Source: Botryllus schlosseri
Taxonomy: Eukaryota
DNA: 64,000 nucleotides
Reading direction: 5' to 3'
NCBI GenBank assembly: GCA_051294905.1
Contig: CM119372.1
Location: 20,338,001-20,402,000, forward strand
Every line of letters begins with the position of its first letter. Position 1 is the first letter of the stretch. Of the stretch, positions 60,878-64,000 are shown one piece after another. A program made the position numbers and the translations under genes. Under the pieces are notes generated by a model, which was given only the letters and a program-made list of their open reading frames with translations, was not told where the DNA came from and made no database searches.

Positions 60878-61713
60878 TAGGGTTGGGACTTCGGGATCAA
60901 ATTTGAAATCCCGGGATCGGGATTTCCCGGGATTTTCGCTCCTCAATCCCGGGATTAAAAAAGTAGTAAAATACACATACAAGTCACACAGATAACATTT
61001 AGTCCTTGTGATATTGAATTGACGCAAAACATAAGAGCATCAAGAGTATCATCGTTTAGATCAGGGGTCCCAAACTCCAATTTGCTCGCGGGCCAATTTC
61101 GTAGTTTTTGATGACGCGGCGGGCAGCAGCATCTAATAGGAGTTTCCCAGTACGACTTTTTGTCGGACCTTGCAGATTGGCATTCCATACACATTGTGAA
61201 AATGTAATACACTATTGTAATATTCACGGTTGCCACGAAAAAGTCATATTTTTCAATATTCTTTAAAAATATTGTTGTGCTCGGCATAATTTGGCGACAT
61301 AAGGAGTTATAGACAGTTAGAAACCATGCGAGACGACAAATGCATCGTGTCATCGTAAAAGCTGTCGCGTTATAATTTAGCAGTTAGTGGACGTTTGATG
61401 TGTGATAGCGATCCAGGTTTTTGGAGTGGTTTCAGAATGAAATTTCAAGTTCTCAAATCCGAAAACTGAAATTTTCGAGTTTGATATTGTCGAATGCTTG
61501 AAAAGTCAAACGCCGACGTGGGCCGCAAAAACAGTTCTGGCGGGCCGCGTGTTTGAGGCCACTGTTCTAGACAATCAGCTGAGTTTGTGACACTGCTTTA
61601 TTACCAAAATAAGAGATATGGCGCTACATAAGCCTTGGTAGATGCTGTTCACAAATCCCGGGATTTCATCGGGACCAATCCCGGGATCGGGATTTCCCGG
61701 GGTCCCAACGCTA
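60878..61713. mobile_element. hAT MITE abutting the previous hAT element
   Basis: TAGGGTTGGGAC / GTCCCAACGCTA ends; TSD GTGTAGAC (60870-60877, 61714-61721); ATCCCGGGAT subterminal repeats. Confidence 0.9.
61062..61564. mobile_element. hAT-Charlie MITE nested in the preceding element
   Basis: CAGGGGTCCCAAAC / GTTTGAGGCCACTG ends; degenerate TSD GTTTAGAT / TTCTAGAC; GCGGGCC motifs. Confidence 0.65.
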
Positions 61714-62583
61714 GTGTAGACTCGGTAGCCTCACCGAGACTGACGTAAGCCTCTTGATGGCTCAGATCAAAATAAACTGAATTACTTCCGCTGCAACCTT
61801 TCTACGTCATTTGTTACTATGTAACACTGTCGTCGTGAGCATTGGCAGTGGAGTCACTAGATACAGACCCTTCATGTTGGGTTCTAATTGCTGAAATATT
61901 GTTTACTAGCAAATGATAGGCAAACTTGCGTACAAAAGCACCACATAAAAGTAGGGTAGGACAGGACAAAAATCGAGTAACCAAATGTTTCTATTCGAGG
62001 TAGTGTCATGAGATCACACCAGTATAAGTGAAGTGAAATATATTCACCAGTTACGCCGTATCAAAAATGCTTTTTGTAGTTCTTGGCCGAACTCATTTCA
62101 TAGCGATCTGTGACAATGCTCCGGCACTATTTCCATGAGCATGTGTAGGCCTACTTGCGTAGCCTTATGCTGCAAGTACTGGAATGCCGTGGTACCACCA
62201 ATCAATGTTCCCTCTAATTTTTGACGCGGCTGCGCACACTCACCAACTCACTGCGCAGACCCTTGGACAACAGTGCATAAAGACTAAAAAAGGGGGAAGA
62301 AACCATTGAAGCAATAAATGACAAAATATGTCTTTAGTGGGAACTGTGAAGCAGTGTCTACCTTCGAGTCGCAAGTCATTTCACAATTTGACTCAAAAAA
62401 TCAAGTTGAATTTCCGAAGTATGAGGCATGGTTCAAAGTCAGTGCATTTTGTTAGTTGTTGCAAATAAAGGTGGAGTCACCAATTATTCTGAATTAAGGA
62501 ACGAACGTAGTTAAATATACATTCAAAAAGGTGCTGTATCGCTCATGCATACGTACAACTGCTATACTACGAAACTGTATAGA

Positions 62584-62900
62584 CAAGTGTTTCTCAACCT
62601 TTTGTCTCCTCGGACCCCTCAAGTTTTAGTTCAAATTTAGCTCAATCATGGTGCAACCGTGATCTGTCTTTTGTGAATATTTACTGCAGGCTAGTGACAA
62701 ACAGAAACAAAATGACTCTTGAAAATAACACCGAGCTATTAATGTGGAAATTGGGTAGACGGTAGCGAATTCTGCTGCTGCATTTCTTGAAATACGTGGT
62801 CGTGTCTTGGAAATCCGCGCCTTCGATTTGATATGAACGAGTGCCGAAAATTTATCTCCACAAAGATAGGTGGTGGTGAATGGTATCATAATGGGCAACG
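62584..62900 (-). mobile_element. hAT-Charlie remnant with transposase C-terminal fragment
   Basis: TIR-like AAGTGTTTCTCAACCTTTT at ~62585; minus-strand IPFTTTYLCGDKFSALVHIKSKAR resembles the hAT dimerisation motif. Confidence 0.7.
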
Positions 62901-64000
62901 CTTACGACGACCCCTTTGGGCAGACCCAATGATAGCCCATATGATATATATCATTGGTGATACGTTTCCAAATTCCCAATTCATAGAACAAGTCAATCAG
63001 TGCTCGTGATGAAACGATTAACGGGCAGGCGTGTCAAAATAAGAAAGGTGAGGGCCGACGGCCGAAATTCCAAGATTCGGAGCACTGAATATTAGCTTAC
63101 TTGAGTCAGGGGCGGATCAGTCCTTTAAGTTTGTGGCTAGCAGGTCGCCGTGGAGTATAATTTAAGTCGGTATTGTGGCAAAACACGTAGATATTCAGCT
63201 AAGGGAGGGCGAATTTCCGAAGCACTGCTAGTTTCCACCGACGACAAAGGCTATTTCACCAAGCTATACACTGCCCGGGAGGCTGCGACCAAGACAAGCT
63301 TTGAAGTAGGCCTGTCCTAAATACATTTCAATGTCTTGATAAAAAACGCGTCTGTTGGTTAAAAAGAGTTTAAAAGGTATCATGCCTACGATTGTTTTGA
63401 ATAATGACGGCGAATAAATATTATTTTAGTTGATTAACCCTCACTTTCTCATTGCCTAATATCAATACATCCACTGAGCACCATGTATCAACATGTGATT
63501 CACTGCTTTCAATTTAGAAATACAATTATTACGACGCAGAACATAGTTAAATATTTTGACTCGGGCCGCCTAGGTATTATCTGCTTTCATTTGGCCCGCG
63601 TGGACAACTAATTACCTACCCCTGCCTTTGGGTACGATCGCAATTTAACATACATGCCGCCAAAATTAAGACACTGATTTTTTATTGAACTATGACGTCC
63701 ATCCTAGCTATTTCTATCCAGCAGCTCATCTCGAAGTTGCTCTGGAATAGTGGTTATGTTATGTATATCACAGTAAAATGGATTTTTGCAAACATTTGAA
63801 TCACGCTGATTGACCTTACTATTCCTACTTGTTACTTGTTCCACAAACCCCAACAAAACATCTCTAAACAGCAATATGTTTGTATCAGTAGGCTATTGAC
63901 AATTTGGCAATTAAAATGAGTTTGTAGGAAGGATAGATATTTCATGTCAGAAGGTCATTCGGTTGATGCGACTCTGAAAATGTAGCAGTAATGAAGCGAA

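Overview
Eukaryotic (metazoan, probably invertebrate; taxon not determinable from the sequence) AT-rich genomic DNA with spliceosomal introns, in three zones. (1) 1-27.6 kb is a nest of DNA transposons. Its centrepiece is a 17.1-kb element (8951-26087) with Polinton/Maverick-type ends (AGTAGT...ACTACT, 6-bp TSD TACATG). It is almost entirely one giant palindrome: two ~6.44-kb near-identical inverted arms around a 976-bp unique core. I see no polymerase, integrase or capsid gene in it, but the core holds a small orphan ORF conserved at protein level in a second, diverged family member at 1-7176. A 3.3-kb foldback element (7-bp TSD) interrupts the left arm only, and the whole element sits inside an older hAT/Charlie-type element (7400-27571). 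(2) 30.5-51.9 kb (+) is a ~19-exon Tau/MAP2/MAP4-family gene: acidic N-terminus, basic Pro/Ser/Thr-rich region and ten microtubule-binding repeats, seven on separate symmetric 93/96-nt exons resembling human MAPT exon 10. Its introns contain many MITEs. (3) 53-64 kb is another TE cluster: Tc1/mariner-type and Merlin-like MITEs, a decayed two-gene PIF/Harbinger inside a hAT element, and hAT elements stacked at one 8-bp target. Exon models and TE boundaries were read by eye and are not transcript-validated.
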